Below, piece by piece: positions 48,901 to 61,153 of a DNA stretch of 64,000 nt. Position 1 is the first letter of the stretch. The number at the start of each line of letters is the position of its first letter. The notes under the pieces are model-generated. The model saw nothing but the letters and a program-made list of their open reading frames with translations. It did no database searches and was not told where the DNA came from. A program made the translations under genes and the position numbers. Source of the stretch: Podarcis muralis (Eukaryota); the NCBI RefSeq assembly GCF_964188315.1, contig NC_135667.1, positions 22,816,001-22,880,000 of the forward strand, written 5' to 3'.

Positions 48901-50140
48901 TAGGTATGCAGGTTTTGGTGTCCTCGGGTGTCTTCCCGTGTAAAAGTTGGGGTGTCTAGGCGACGTTTCGACGAGGTCTCACTCGTCATCTTCAGGCTGG
49001 TGCTTTCGGCTTCCAGTAACAAGAAGCCGAAAGCACCAGCCTGAAGATGACGAGTGAGACCTCGTCGAAACGTCGCCTAGACACCCCAACTTTTACACGG
49101 GAAGACANNNNNNNNNNNNNNNNNNNNNNNNNNNNNNNNNNNNNNNNNNNNNNNNNNNNNNNNNNNNNNNNNNNNNNNNNNNNNNNNNNNNNNNNNNNNN
49201 NNNNNNNNNNNNNNNNNNNNNNNNNNNNNNNNNNNNNNNNNNNNNNNNNNNNNNGTTTCATGATTGTGCTATTTTTCTCCATAGATTTTCAGCACACACC
49301 AGAAAATAAGCAATATACAAAATAGGGTCCAATAGGGTCTTCTGCCAATTTTAAAATAAAATGCATAAGCATGACCTCAAGCTCAGACAATTCATGTTCT
49401 ATGACATAAAAGTGGAGAGTTGTGGATAGGATTCACTTTCCTCCCTTTGAAAGCAATGGGACCAAAGTGACACTGCCAGCACTCTAGAAAAAGGCTTAAT
49501 CAGGTTCAGAAAAACTTCAAATATGGTAGAAAGAGAGAGTGAATGAAATACCTGGGGGATGAGTCAACCCAAATGTGCTATGGCCATGGGATATTGAGTG
49601 ACAATTGGAGAAGGGGAGGAGGAAGTGCGGAAGCCAATATTTAATGAAGTTTTCTGGAATCTTGAAAAGGGGCACTTCTTCCTGCAATATTTATTGCTAA
49701 TCAAATATATCTTTATCTATATCTGTACTTTTAATCTATCCCACCCCACCCTCATTTTGGTGATGCTGAAGTTCAGGTACATAATCACCACTGGTAACTA
49801 AAATATGGGTCCTGTCTGACAAATGTATCCTGTTTTGCCAATGGAAAACATCTCTCTTACTTGCATCTGTGTTTTGAATATGACCTGTGCAAATTATGGA
49901 GAGGGAAAATGCTTACAAAAGATCATATTCAAACTTGGTGTTAGGGTTTTCCTGGAAAGTTAATTCATCAAATGCAATGCCAAGCTGAGATGTCATCTCT
50001 CCTATGATCAGGTCACCTTCCTGATAATACTCGTAAGGGAGCTGGAACAGATCAGTCATGTCACACAAAAGAGTGTCTTTCCTTCCATCTGTTGAAGGCA
50101 CCTGAATCCACAGAAGGATGAACAGCAACCGCAAAAACAT
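39952..50140 (-). CDS. Vomeronasal type-2 receptor V2R-D, complete, ~878 aa
   Basis: Exons 49917-50140, 47139-47430, 43870-44736, 42947-43174, 41693-41819, 39952-40850. GT-AG, sum 2637 nt, open frame. An N gap lies in intron 1. Confidence 0.9.
45289..45529. mobile_element. Tc1/mariner MITE, 241 bp
   Basis: TA|CAGTGGTACCTCGGGTTA...TAACCAGAGGTAGCACTG|TA. Reverse-complement match to 60093-60334. Confidence 0.8.
48848..48877. repeat. (TA)n microsatellite
   Basis: Direct reading. Confidence 0.9.
48878..49107. mobile_element. Perfect palindromic Penelope-like terminal-repeat element running into an assembly gap
   Basis: Arms 48929-49013 and 49023-49107 are exact reverse complements (85 bp) around a 9-nt loop; the right arm ends at the Ns. 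Each arm holds CTGAAGA..GAAACGTC. Confidence 0.65.
49039..49076 (+). ncRNA. Candidate minimal hammerhead ribozyme with intact catalytic core; identical copy on minus strand at 48960-48997
   Basis: GC-CUGAAGA-U-GACGAG(UGAGAC)CUCGUC-GAAA-C-GUC-GC: all core nucleotides present, 6-bp stem II, palindromic ACGU stem III, GUC cleavage triplet. Stem I is only 2 clear base pairs. Confidence 0.6.
49108..49254. other. Assembly gap (147 N) in V2R-D intron 1
   Basis: Run of N. Confidence 0.98.
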
Positions 50141-51565
50141 TCCCGCTATATCTGCAGCAGTTTTTGACCTAGAGTTCTGTTCTTAGTCTGCCATCCACCA
50201 TCAACTAGATTATGTCCATGGCTCCAGAATACTTTGACAAGGAGAAACTGCCAAAATCAAATTAGGGTAGCTCCTCCTGTCGAAAATCCTTCTTTCTAGT
50301 TCTGATCATGTGCAGATTGATTTTATTTAAGTTTCTCTTTATTGTGCTTGTATCTAGTGTAAATCCCTGTGGAATATGACTAGATGGAATTAAACATAAT
50401 ATTCTGGGATAATTACTGTTTACAAATCATCTCTCCAGATGTCAGAAAGGAAAAAAATCTTTAGATCTCATTGTAACTCAGTAGCACTTTTTAAAAGCTA
50501 AATAAAAAAAATTAAATAAAATAATAAAATAAAATAGACTGAATGGTCCACTGATCATTAATTCTACTGGAGAGGGTTTTCTGCAGTGGCAGGCTTGGAA
50601 TAGATTGTGTTTGAAGTCCATTCCAACTAATTGTTCCTTATTTCAGAAATTTGTGTTATACTTATGAGTCTGGAAATAAAACAAGGTAGATGTTTCTGAA
50701 TATATGGTATTCCTCAGCTGTGCACAAATATATTGCTTTGTAAATTAAAAGAAAGGGGGAAATCATTCATTGTGCTCAGTGACATTTCAGTACTGTTTTA
50801 GTGTTGTGGAGGTTATGTTTATTTACCACTATCCTGAAACTTCTCCCCATTGTGGATTATAAAGGGGAGGGGAATTAAAGCATTAAGATACAGAACTCAA
50901 AGCAAGAATAAAACACATCATACTTCTGCTATATATTACTGTGTGCACATTCGTTCTACCAGGAGAGGTGGTGTGGGATAGGTCTGCATCAGCCCCTAAC
51001 AGGGGAAATGCTACGACAAAATATGCAGGGATGAGCAATATACAGAACATATCTGTCTCAGCTAGCTGATTCCCAGTTCAGCTGGGCTCAGCCAGTATGA
51101 AGTCCCCAACCCTGGTTCAGCTGAAAATACATGACTTGTTCAATCCAGCTCATGGCTTGTTCACCCCAGCTGAGCCAGTTCAGCCTAAGTCAGTGTAAGT
51201 CCCAATAAGGCTGTTCTTGGAACATAGGGAGTGTGGAACCAAAAAGAGGGAATTAGGCCAGATCCTAAGCTCATTTAAGTTAAAGGATTGTGTTCCCTCT
51301 ATCATGTTTAAGCAGAGCAGCGGCAGCAACCCAAATGAAGACGGGGCTTGGATGTGACGTCTCTTTACACCAGCTTAATGTACACGTCTGGTGTAGCCTT
51401 GATGGCCGTGGTATTTGCATACCAAAAGGAGCTGCACCTTTCCGGATGAAGTTTCCTCAGAAATAAGTTTATGTACGTAATTATTTATATTAGTATTTCT
51501 AATCTATCAGCTCATTGAAAAATATAATGGTGGTGTACAATAAAACTATTGAGCCATCATAAATT

Positions 51566-51780
51566 GTTGTTGTTGTTTAGTCGTGTCCGACTCTTTGTGA
51601 CCCCATAGACCAGAGCACGCCAGGCACTCCTGTCTTCCACTGCCTCCTGCAGTTTGGTCAAAATCATGCTGGTAGCTTCGAGAACACTATCCAACCATCT
51701 CGTCCTCTGTTGTCCCCTTCTCCTTGTGCCCTCCATCTTTCCCAACAACAGGGTCTTTTCCAGGGAGTCTTCTCATAATT
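51566..51780 (-). mobile_element. Bov-B LINE 3' fragment with 11-bp TSD
   Basis: Encodes [25 protein letters not shown] and has a (CAA)n tail. TSD CATCATAAATT at 51555-51565 and 51781-51791. Confidence 0.85.
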
Positions 51781-52019
51781 CATCATAAATTCATAATTCA
51801 TCATGAATTAATAAAATACAAAAGAAGATTGATCAAATTATTCAACTAAAATTGCTAGATTAAATAAACATTTTGAGCTGACAGTATAATATCAGATTTG
51901 TTGTTCCCTGGCTGATTTCAAAGGAGAACAGTGTTCCAAAGTATTGCTGTTATTATAATAAATGACTTTGTGTAAAGGACTTTTGACTAAACAAATTTGA
52001 AACATTAAGTATAACCTTG

Positions 52020-55000
52020 CTAATGTCTCCTAGTTAAGAGGTCCTTGCTGTTTAACTCTGGCCTAAGGATAATGACGTAGCATTTTGGAGAAAAGATACA
52101 GCCAAGTAGCCCAGCACCGGAGGCCAAGATGGAGAAGATCTCCACAGCCACCATGTATTTCCCCTTGGTGCTCAGGTAAGAAGGCACAAAGGACAACCAA
52201 ATACTGCAAAAGACCAGCATGCTGAATGTGATAAACTTGGCTTCATTGAAACTGTCTGGCAGCTTTCTGGCCTGAAAAGCCACAATGAAGCTAACTATGG
52301 CCAGGAGCCACAGGTAACCCAGAACACAATAAAACATTGTGACTGATCCTTCATTGCATTCTACTATGATTTCTTTCACCACAGATTTCATGTTGAAATC
52401 TGGGAATGGAGGAGCAGTACAGAGCCACAGAACACAGATGCCAGTTTGAATAAGGAAGCAACTAAGTAGAATACAGTTGGCCAGCCTTTTCCCCACCCAT
52501 TTCCTCATACTGGATCCTGGTTTAGTAGCCATGAAAGCCAGGACCACAGTTATGGTTTTTGATAATATGCATGAAACAGCCACTGAGTAAATTATGCCAA
52601 AAGCAGTTTGTCGTAAAGGACATGTCACTGCATGAGGTTTTCCCAGGAATAGCAAGGAGCAGAGGAAGCAAAGAAACAGGGAGATGAGCAGAGCATAGGT
52701 GAGGTCACGATTGTTGGCTTTGACAATGGGAGTGTCCCTGTGCTTGATGAAAATTCCTAGCACCAAAGCCGTGATCAGAGAGAAAGAGAGTGCCAAGAAA
52801 ATGAAAGTGATCCCCAATGGTTCTGAGAAAGTGAGGAAATTTAGAAACTTTGATATACATTGATCTTGGTTCTTGTTTGGAAATTGATCTTCTAGGCACC
52901 TGAAACATTCATCAGTGTCTGAGGAAAAAAAGATATATGTATTCTTGATTTTTTGGCCATCAATTATTGTGATCTTATTCACTCTTGAAAATGAAGTAGA
53001 TGCATCTATCTCCCTTGTATGGCATTGTGTGTAGACACACTAATTAGAGCCTACTGGATTGGGCCAATGGCTACAACATCCCTGAAGTCCTCAGCCACCA
53101 CATTCACTGCCTCTCCTACCTTTTCCAGGTTCACCACCTTGACATCAAGGGAACAAACTTGTTCCCAGAGAGCGTGGAGCTCATTGCACTTTAGTGTGAC
53201 TTCAGTCCAATGGGGAGATCGTCATACATATGGCAGAGACTGCAAAACACAGGAAAGCTCCCACAACTCTCCTAGGTTTCTGTTTGCATAATTGTATTTT
53301 CTTTGCTTGCCTTAGTAACTTTATTGAGTGTTAGGGATTTCACTGGGCAGGGTGGGGGGGCCCTGGCCTCTTTGCCGTTCTGCCAGACCTGTGGATCTGC
53401 TTAACTCACCTTGACACTTGGCACTGTGGCGCTTCATCAGATTAGGATGCTGCACAGGCTAGCTCAAATTTCTATATCCTTTTAAAGTATTCTTCTTTGA
53501 AATACTGCCTTTGTGGAAACATAAATATTTGAGCTGCTGAATGATGTGTAATAAATATGACAGAAGCAGTGACCATTTTGTGTGGGGGTTACATTCCTGT
53601 CACCCGCACATGTTGGTGCAGTGCTCATAAGCACGCCTCACTCTGTCTGCCCTTTTCTGGGTCCGAAAGGACCCATGTGTCAGTTATCACACATCAGCTG
53701 GATGCACCGAAAATTGTCACTGCCTGCATAAAAAGTGAAAACATGAAATACCATGAGCATTAATAAAATAAACCATGTAGTGGGAATCAACCAACCAAGC
53801 CACCATTGCAACAGGCAAATGGTATGAAAATACTGAAGGCTAATATGGGTTGTCTACATCACCCATTGGCCACAGGATTGATTCACATGTGTCTCCTGAC
53901 TCCAGAAAAAGTGGGAGTTGTTTGTGAATTCTCCATTTAGTGTTGAATCCTGAAACCAAGACTCAAGTTTTGGGGAAACACTCTGGTGAGAGAACTCTAC
54001 CAGAGATTTTACTTTTCAAAACAGGCAGCAAATAACAAAGTCTAGAATAAAGATCTCCTTATCAAGGTGGTGCAGCCACATGATGCACTAACTCTCAGAA
54101 TTCACATTTGAGTGGTGTGTTAGGAGTTGTATCTTGATGAGTTGTCTTAACTGCTCTTCTGTGTAGGAGAGATGAACTGTTAAAGGGGGCAGAATGAAAT
54201 AACTGGATAATATTTTATCAGACTGTACGTGATGTCTCCTACCCTTTTGGTTTGAAATCATCCCATCTGGACATGGAGCGCAATCATAGCAACAAAATGG
54301 CAACCCCTCCTTCTTTTTTCTGCTGTAGCCTGGATAGCAATGGTTGTTGCACAGAGCAAGGGGCTTCACCTGTTCATAAAAATGATAGATCATGTATTTC
54401 ATTTTTCAGACTTGATTTATGTTTGTTGAGTAGGGGCTCATTCGCACTTACGTGTGCTCTACATTTCTAGGCACAGATCCTGGCTTTCCAGTTCTGTGTC
54501 CTTTTTCTTTCTTTTCCCTGAGCACATCCCTACAAACCCTGCTTTTTACTGCTGAATCAGAGCAAGCGGCAATCCACTCCATAGAACTGTTTGTGGAAAG
54601 GGGCAGATTGAAAAGCTACACTGTGTGGGGTTGGACTGTGCTATTGAATGATGTGCTTGGATGTTCAGTTTCTCTTTAATAAGACTGAAGAGAAAGCAAA
54701 CTGGGCTCTCTACTTTTTAATTATAACACCAAGAAATAAAAGGTTTTGAATAGATATATATATAGTACTATTACAGGAGGGAAACATCCTCAATAAAGTT
54801 TGAAATATTTATTGACTTTCAAAGTTAGCAGTAGATTATATCTTTGCGATTACTGATAATACACAATCAGCATAAATTGTAAATCATCTTCTCTTTGTGT
54901 CGAACCAATGAGAGATGGACAGTGAATTTCCAGCTGTGTCACAGCTGCAGAGGAGGAGAGTACCAGCTATCATGAAGGCTCATCTATTTTGGGTCCCCTA

Positions 55001-57598
55001 AAAAAAAAATGCTTAATCTGAAGCTAGTGGAATTGAGATAAGAAGCGAAGAGACTCATCAGAAAATTTGAAAGGAAGAATAAACCATCAGAAGAGCAACT
55101 CAAACTGAAACCTGACAAGTCCCTTTTGTTTCAATGCAGCTTATTCCTAAATATGTATTGGATCGTGACTTTACATCTCAAACTCTTTTAATTCAGTGAC
55201 AGCAAATTTATAGGAATTCAGTTTCTTTACATTCTTGAAGACTGAATCTATATTGGAATTATGCTTTGCACACTCATATAAGTATATGGTTCAACCCCAC
55301 CTGATTAAAGGCGCTGTGCCATGTGATGACCTCCTCCTTCACAGTGAACACTTCTCCAAGAGATGCCTGTGCATCCACCCTTCCTACTTTCACTTTGACA
55401 AAGGATTGGTTTGGGAAGGTAACCCAGTTTATTATATCAAATCCAGCTGCTAATTCACCATTTTTATCAAAGGACACAGTATCACCAGCAGTATTGTTAA
55501 ATGAGATTCTCTTCAGCACAGAGTGAAGCTAGATTTGAAGACAGAGGTAGATTTAACAGAATGACAAAAGTGCATTTCCCCCCTTGCACGAGAGAGAGGG
55601 AAAAAACAGATAAGAGTTTAAGGAGAATGAAATTTAAACCTTAGTAATAAACATGCTTTGGTTTGTTAGGCTTATTTGACAACCTAATGTAATATTTTTC
55701 ATATTTCATAAATATATTATTGTTATTCCAATATTTATTGCTGAGTTCATATATTTCCATAATTTCTGCACTTTGATTTAATAAACATTTCAAATTTGTT
55801 TTGTATTTGCTCTGACTCAGCTTCATTTTTGTTTACCACAACTAGATCAGTGGAGTAAAACTAGGAACCTATTTTCAACCGATAATCCTCATGTGAAAGT
55901 ACACATACTACAGGGATTGTTTGAAACTCAAATTAATTTCTGAGTGCATAGAAAATAGAATGTGAAAAATCTTCATTTGTAGCCTTCTGAGGTGCTTTCA
56001 GTGAGGGGGCAAAGCAATGTATGGAAGAGATAAAGTTTTATAGACAGTTTTATTCTGTTTTACTGATATTCTCCATGAACTGAGCATCATAACATATTAC
56101 ATTAGGCATGACAAGATTCTGGGTGTGAAATTTACCTGCCAAGGTTCCACATTTGGAGGATCCAAACTACTTCCATGTGCCATCACTCTGTGCTTTAGCC
56201 TAGATAAGTAAATTTTATCTAAAGAATGTGCTATGGCATAGACTGCATTATAAAGGCTGTAACTTTGGCCAGTCATGCTCATTTCAAAAAGAGCACCAGG
56301 GAGACTGTCCAGCTTCTCTTGACCAGTGCAAGTAGCCATCCTTTGCTTCTGCTCATTGGAATCAGAAAATAGGCAGTTGAATGCCTTTTGCCAGAAGATC
56401 CTAAGAAAACCATCTCCTTTGGGATAGCTAGGATGAAGGACCTGCAAGAATTGTGTAAAGCCTGGCACTTTATTTGAGTGAACTGCAAAAGATAAGGCAC
56501 CATTGAAGGCTTGTATATCAAAATCTCTTTGCATTGTTTCCAATGAGAAATTCCACTGGGCTGTCATGATCCATACTTTATGTATAGAAAACTCTCTAGT
56601 ACCATCTAAGAATGAATATAAAAATGCCATCCATATCAGTGTTGTCATGGTCTGAGGTTCTGCACATACAACCAATACTTTAACTTTTGAGATGGTCCAG
56701 AAAAAGGATTTGGCCTGGATGAGTACTAATGAACTAAAATTGTCTATAACTTGAGATATGGCTGGAGTTTTTTCAGTGAAGGCAGTACAGATTCCATGCT
56801 GGAAAAGCATTGGTGTTAAAGTCAGCATGAACTTTTCACCATTGTCATTATCTGATGCAACAATCCCCACCCATGTCCACTGGAAATGTAGAAGAAGATG
56901 GACAATACCAATGTATTGATGGGCTTCATTGGGGACAATCCGGTAGAAGGAAGGGAGTTGAGATTCATTACTCAAAACAAGAGCTAATATACTGTAAGCA
57001 ACCTAAAAAGAAAGAGGTCAGTTTCACCATGGTAGACAGATTTAATGCTAAATAGTAGACATAATACTAAATAGTAATTAATCAAAATATCTGTTGACTA
57101 GCTGTAACACATAAGAATTTCATGAAGAAAACATAGTTTTTTAATATAGGAATAATTTGAAACACATATGACTATTTCATGTTTATCATGCTAATTATGA
57201 TCATGGAGGTCACCCCCCACCCCACATGTGGTTGTTGTCTAATAACACCACTAGTAGCAAAAATATGCAAAGTAGCCACATGTCAGAAATTGCTTAGAAT
57301 GTGTCTACATATTAAGCCCCGAACTCTTATTTCTAGGAGGGCTCAAGACTTAGTTAGAAAAGAAAGAAAGGACAGACTCTTCCTCTGGGGCACTTCCCAA
57401 GAGGCAGCACTGGAAGTTTTCATGGATTTGCAAGTCCTGGCATAGGTCATGCAGCTCATCCATATCATAAAGATTCATGTAATCAATATTTTCCCCCTTC
57501 CCAACACTTTGTTGTCAGTAATATATTTCTCTCTCACCATCACTTTTTTTTCCTCAGAAAAAAGGAGAAATAAATTCTAAAGGTTATCCAGCAAGGTT

Positions 57599-57649
<51 letters not shown>

Positions 57650-58801
57650 TGCCAGGTGAGTTAAATAGCCCACATGCTCAGCCTACCTGTGGAATCTTGT
57701 AAAGGCCTAAGATACTAGCCATGTGTAGGGAGATTTCAGAGTCTAGTCCTGCAATAACAGTTATCATATTCTCATTTTTGTTACATTTGAAGTTTGGGAC
57801 AATTCTTTCTGACGTTGTCAAAAGTTTCATGGTGTTCTGAAAAGTCATCCTTGCATCTGTGTAGCTTTCATAGATGTGGAATCCCAGACTGACATTTGGT
57901 AGGATCTTGGGGTTCTCATTTATCTGCTTCACAGAAAATACCAAGGAGAGAACATGCTGGTAGTTCTTTGGTATTGCACTAAGGAAGAGTAAAACATCTG
58001 AATGATATTAAACATTTCAAGATGAAAGAGTCAGTTCTTCCTTTCCAGCTTTTGAGTACACAGGTAACTTTGTGTCTTGATTATTTTTCTCCCCACCTTT
58101 CTTCCAATAAACCCAGCAATATTAAAGCAAAGAAAGAAGTATGGAAATAAAACATATAACTTCTGCCTCTGCCCTGCTTTCAAATAAAATCCATTACCCC
58201 AATTTAGCCAAATCTAGGTCCATGTAACTCATTTTGACTGATAGAATAAACAATGGAGGCTAAGAGGGAAACTTTGATGCAATGTGAAAACATACATATG
58301 TAGGATGAAAGGGCACTCATAAGGAAGGCTGAAGATAAAATAGGAAGGAAATTACAAAATACACTAACATGTTTTGGAAACAGAAGAAAGAATTCACAAG
58401 AGGGGGAGAAAAATAACAGAGAAGAAGATATGAAGATCATAAAGTTGAAGGAAGCAAATATATTACTTTGAACATGCTTAAATGCAACCTCAAAAATATC
58501 ATATGCTTCCTGAAGTAAATTCTTGCAGTGGAAAAGTATGCCATCGAGGGCAACAGTGATTTTCTTACATAAATTCATCTACAAACTTTGTTTTAGGGTG
58601 GTCCCAGAAATATATTTCATCATTTACACAACCAAATTGAGAAGCAATCACTCCAATGATTAGTTCTCCTCTCTTATAATACTGGTATGGAAACTGGAAC
58701 GGATCATTTATGGTGCATACAACAGAATGTTTCTTGCAATCAGTTGGAGAAAGTTGTAGCCACAAGAAGAACAGGATAAGCAGCAAAAATGTATCTGCCA
58801 T
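52020..58801 (-). CDS. Vomeronasal type-2 receptor V2R-E, complete, ~881 aa
   Basis: Exons 58569-58801, 57687-57978, 56136-57002, 55301-55528, 54243-54369, 52020-52918. GT-AG, sum 2646 nt, open frame. Confidence 0.92.
57603..57646. repeat. (AT)22 microsatellite
   Basis: Direct reading. Confidence 0.95.
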
Positions 58802-59954
58802 CTAGGGGCCAATTGTGATGCTGAATATCTACTTTCTCTCTATCATCCAACATCAGTTGGTCTCTAAGAATTTTCCTTCAACGGCTCAGGATTATTTTCA
58901 TAAAAAGGCAAGTGCCAAAAAATTGACTTATGAAAGCCTGCATGTTCAGAGCTCCTCATGAGTGGACAGAGTGGCTTGTATTTATTTTGTGTAAATTTTC
59001 AGACTATGTTATTGATTGTGTTTGTATTCTGAGATAATCCACATGGGATTTGACTAGATATTTGATGAAAACAATAATTTGATATAATTACCAGGTTCAA
59101 AATCATCTTCTCAGAGCACTGTGTTTTGTAAGACATCACATTTAGCAGTAGTGGGAAAGAATGATACTTTCACTGTAACTTGATTGCCACTGTAGTCCTA
59201 TATCCAGCAAAAGTTAAAGAAAAGTCTTTCTACCCGCACAGAGAGAAGTCCACCTGTGGGATTGGGGCCTCCAGTACATGCACAGTGGCATAGATATAGC
59301 ATCGGCATTGTTCCGTTGGTGGTGAAGTGCAAAATGGGGAATTTCTCTTCTGCCCTGTCATAGCATTGGTTTGTTGTCTAGACACCATTTTTAATTGTGG
59401 ACTTAATATGACTTTGTGAGTTCTGTGGAACTGTAGCATTCTCATCAGCTGGAAGACTGTGTGTGTGCGCGCGCATGTATTGAGCAGCTAATGTGCATAA
59501 CAGCAACTGTGCACATTCACCAGGTCTCGTGGAAATTGTGTGCACAATCCATCCATGAAGACAGAACTGTGTATGTTTCCATGTTTATATATGTATTCCC
59601 CTGCAGGCCTTGGGGAACGTGCTCATCTTGAATGCATTTTGCACAATTTAAAAGCATAATCATGATATTCAATAGGAATGTGTATCTCAAATTAATATAC
59701 ACTGAATCCATGAGGCTAGCATGCAAGCTTCAGTAAACCCAGTGAAATTTTCTGTGTAAACATGCATAGGATTACCCTGTGATTAATTATGCAGGGGGTG
59801 CTTACCTGCACCCCCACAATATTCTATTCAAGTTGTCACCCTGTTTTAAACTATGCCATGCTATGGATCAATTAGCTGTTTATGGAGACAAAAAGAGGCA
59901 ACCATGGTGACAGCAATTCATTTGCTTTCAAATGTTTTATTCTGCTTTTATTTC

Positions 59955-60029
59955 TGTTGGGAACCTCCCAGAGTGGCTGGGGAAACCAGATGGGTGGGGT
60001 ATAATTAAGTATTGTTGTTGTTGTTGTTG

Positions 60030-60069
<40 letters not shown>
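59955..60069 (+). mobile_element. L2-type 3'-end fragment with (GTT)n(ATT)n microsatellite tail
   Basis: CCCAGAGTGGCTGGGGAAACCAGATGGGTGGGGTATAAT followed by triplet repeats at ~60012-60069. Confidence 0.5.
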
Positions 60070-60071
<2 letters not shown>

Positions 60072-60092
60072 TTTTGATCGAGAAAAAATATA

Positions 60093-60334
60093 CAGTGGTA
60101 CCTCGGGTTAAGTACTTAATTCATTCCGGTGATCCGTTCTTAACCTGAAACTGTTCTTAACCTGAAGCACCACTTTAGCTAATGGGGCCTCCTGCTGCTG
60201 CCGTGCTGCTGGAGCCCGATTTCTGTTCTTATCCTGAAGCAAAGTTCTTAATCTGAAGCACTATTTCTGGGTTAGTGGAATGTGTAACCTGAAGCGAATG
60301 TAACCTGAAGCGTATGTAACCCGAGGTACCACTG
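60093..60334. mobile_element. Tc1/mariner MITE, 242 bp
   Basis: TA|CAGTGGTACCTCGGGTTA...TAACCCGAGGTACCACTG|TA with perfect terminal inverted repeats. Confidence 0.85.
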
Positions 60335-60864
60335 TATAGTTATTTTTAGTCATATCTTTCAATTTGTGTCTTTTATTTTTGTTGATCACAAGCTACCATT
60401 GTGCACTCACATCTCTTAAGACTGCAGTAGTGCAGCTAGGGTGTGTCTTGCTGCAAGTGGAATTCTTGATCTGGACCTTGTAGAGTGTATACAACCTGAG
60501 CCCATAGCCTCTTTCAGCTCAACTCTCACACAACTTATCCTGGCTTTTGTCCTTTTAACTACCAGCCAGGTGAGGGGGAAAGGTCCATGTATTGGCACAC
60601 AGTAACTTTTTTAGTTACACTAATGAAAGTACTTAAGTGGCAAGGTCATTATTTTATACTTGCCTAGTGAACAATATATTCCTCCATCAACCTTTATACT
60701 TAACTGGGTACAGGACACCAAGTAATTGAAGAGACTCATAGTATCATGCAGACTGACACCCCCCCCCAACCTGTAACATTATACAAATATGCACACACAT
60801 ACATAGATACATAGTTATAGGTGAAAACACAATTTCACAAATAATGTGACACTTGTTCAATTTT

Positions 60865-61121
60865 AAAGGTAAAGGTAAAGGTAAAGGGACCCCTAACTGT
60901 TAGGTCCAGTCACAGACGACTCCGGGGTTGCGTCGCTCATCTCGCTTTACTGGCCGAGGGAGCCGGTGTTTGTCCGCAGAAAGCTTCTGGATCATGTGGC
61001 CAGTATGACTAAGCTGCCTCTGGCAAACCAGAGCACCTCACGGAAATGTTGTTTACCTTACCGCAAGAGCGGTACCTATTTATCTACTTGCACTTTGACA
61101 AGCTTTCGAACAGCTAAGTTG
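60865..61121 (-). mobile_element. Sauria SINE, 5'-truncated
   Basis: (ACCTTT)n tail at ~60865-60886; body matches the 2349 copy (GCGGTACCTATTTATCTACTTGCAC). The tRNA-like head is missing. Confidence 0.8.
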
Positions 61122-61153
61122 AATAGTAATAGACAGATCACTATAACCATTCT

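Noticed and set aside
48992-49325. ORFs containing runs of X
   Set aside because: Artefacts of translating through the N gap and the palindrome.
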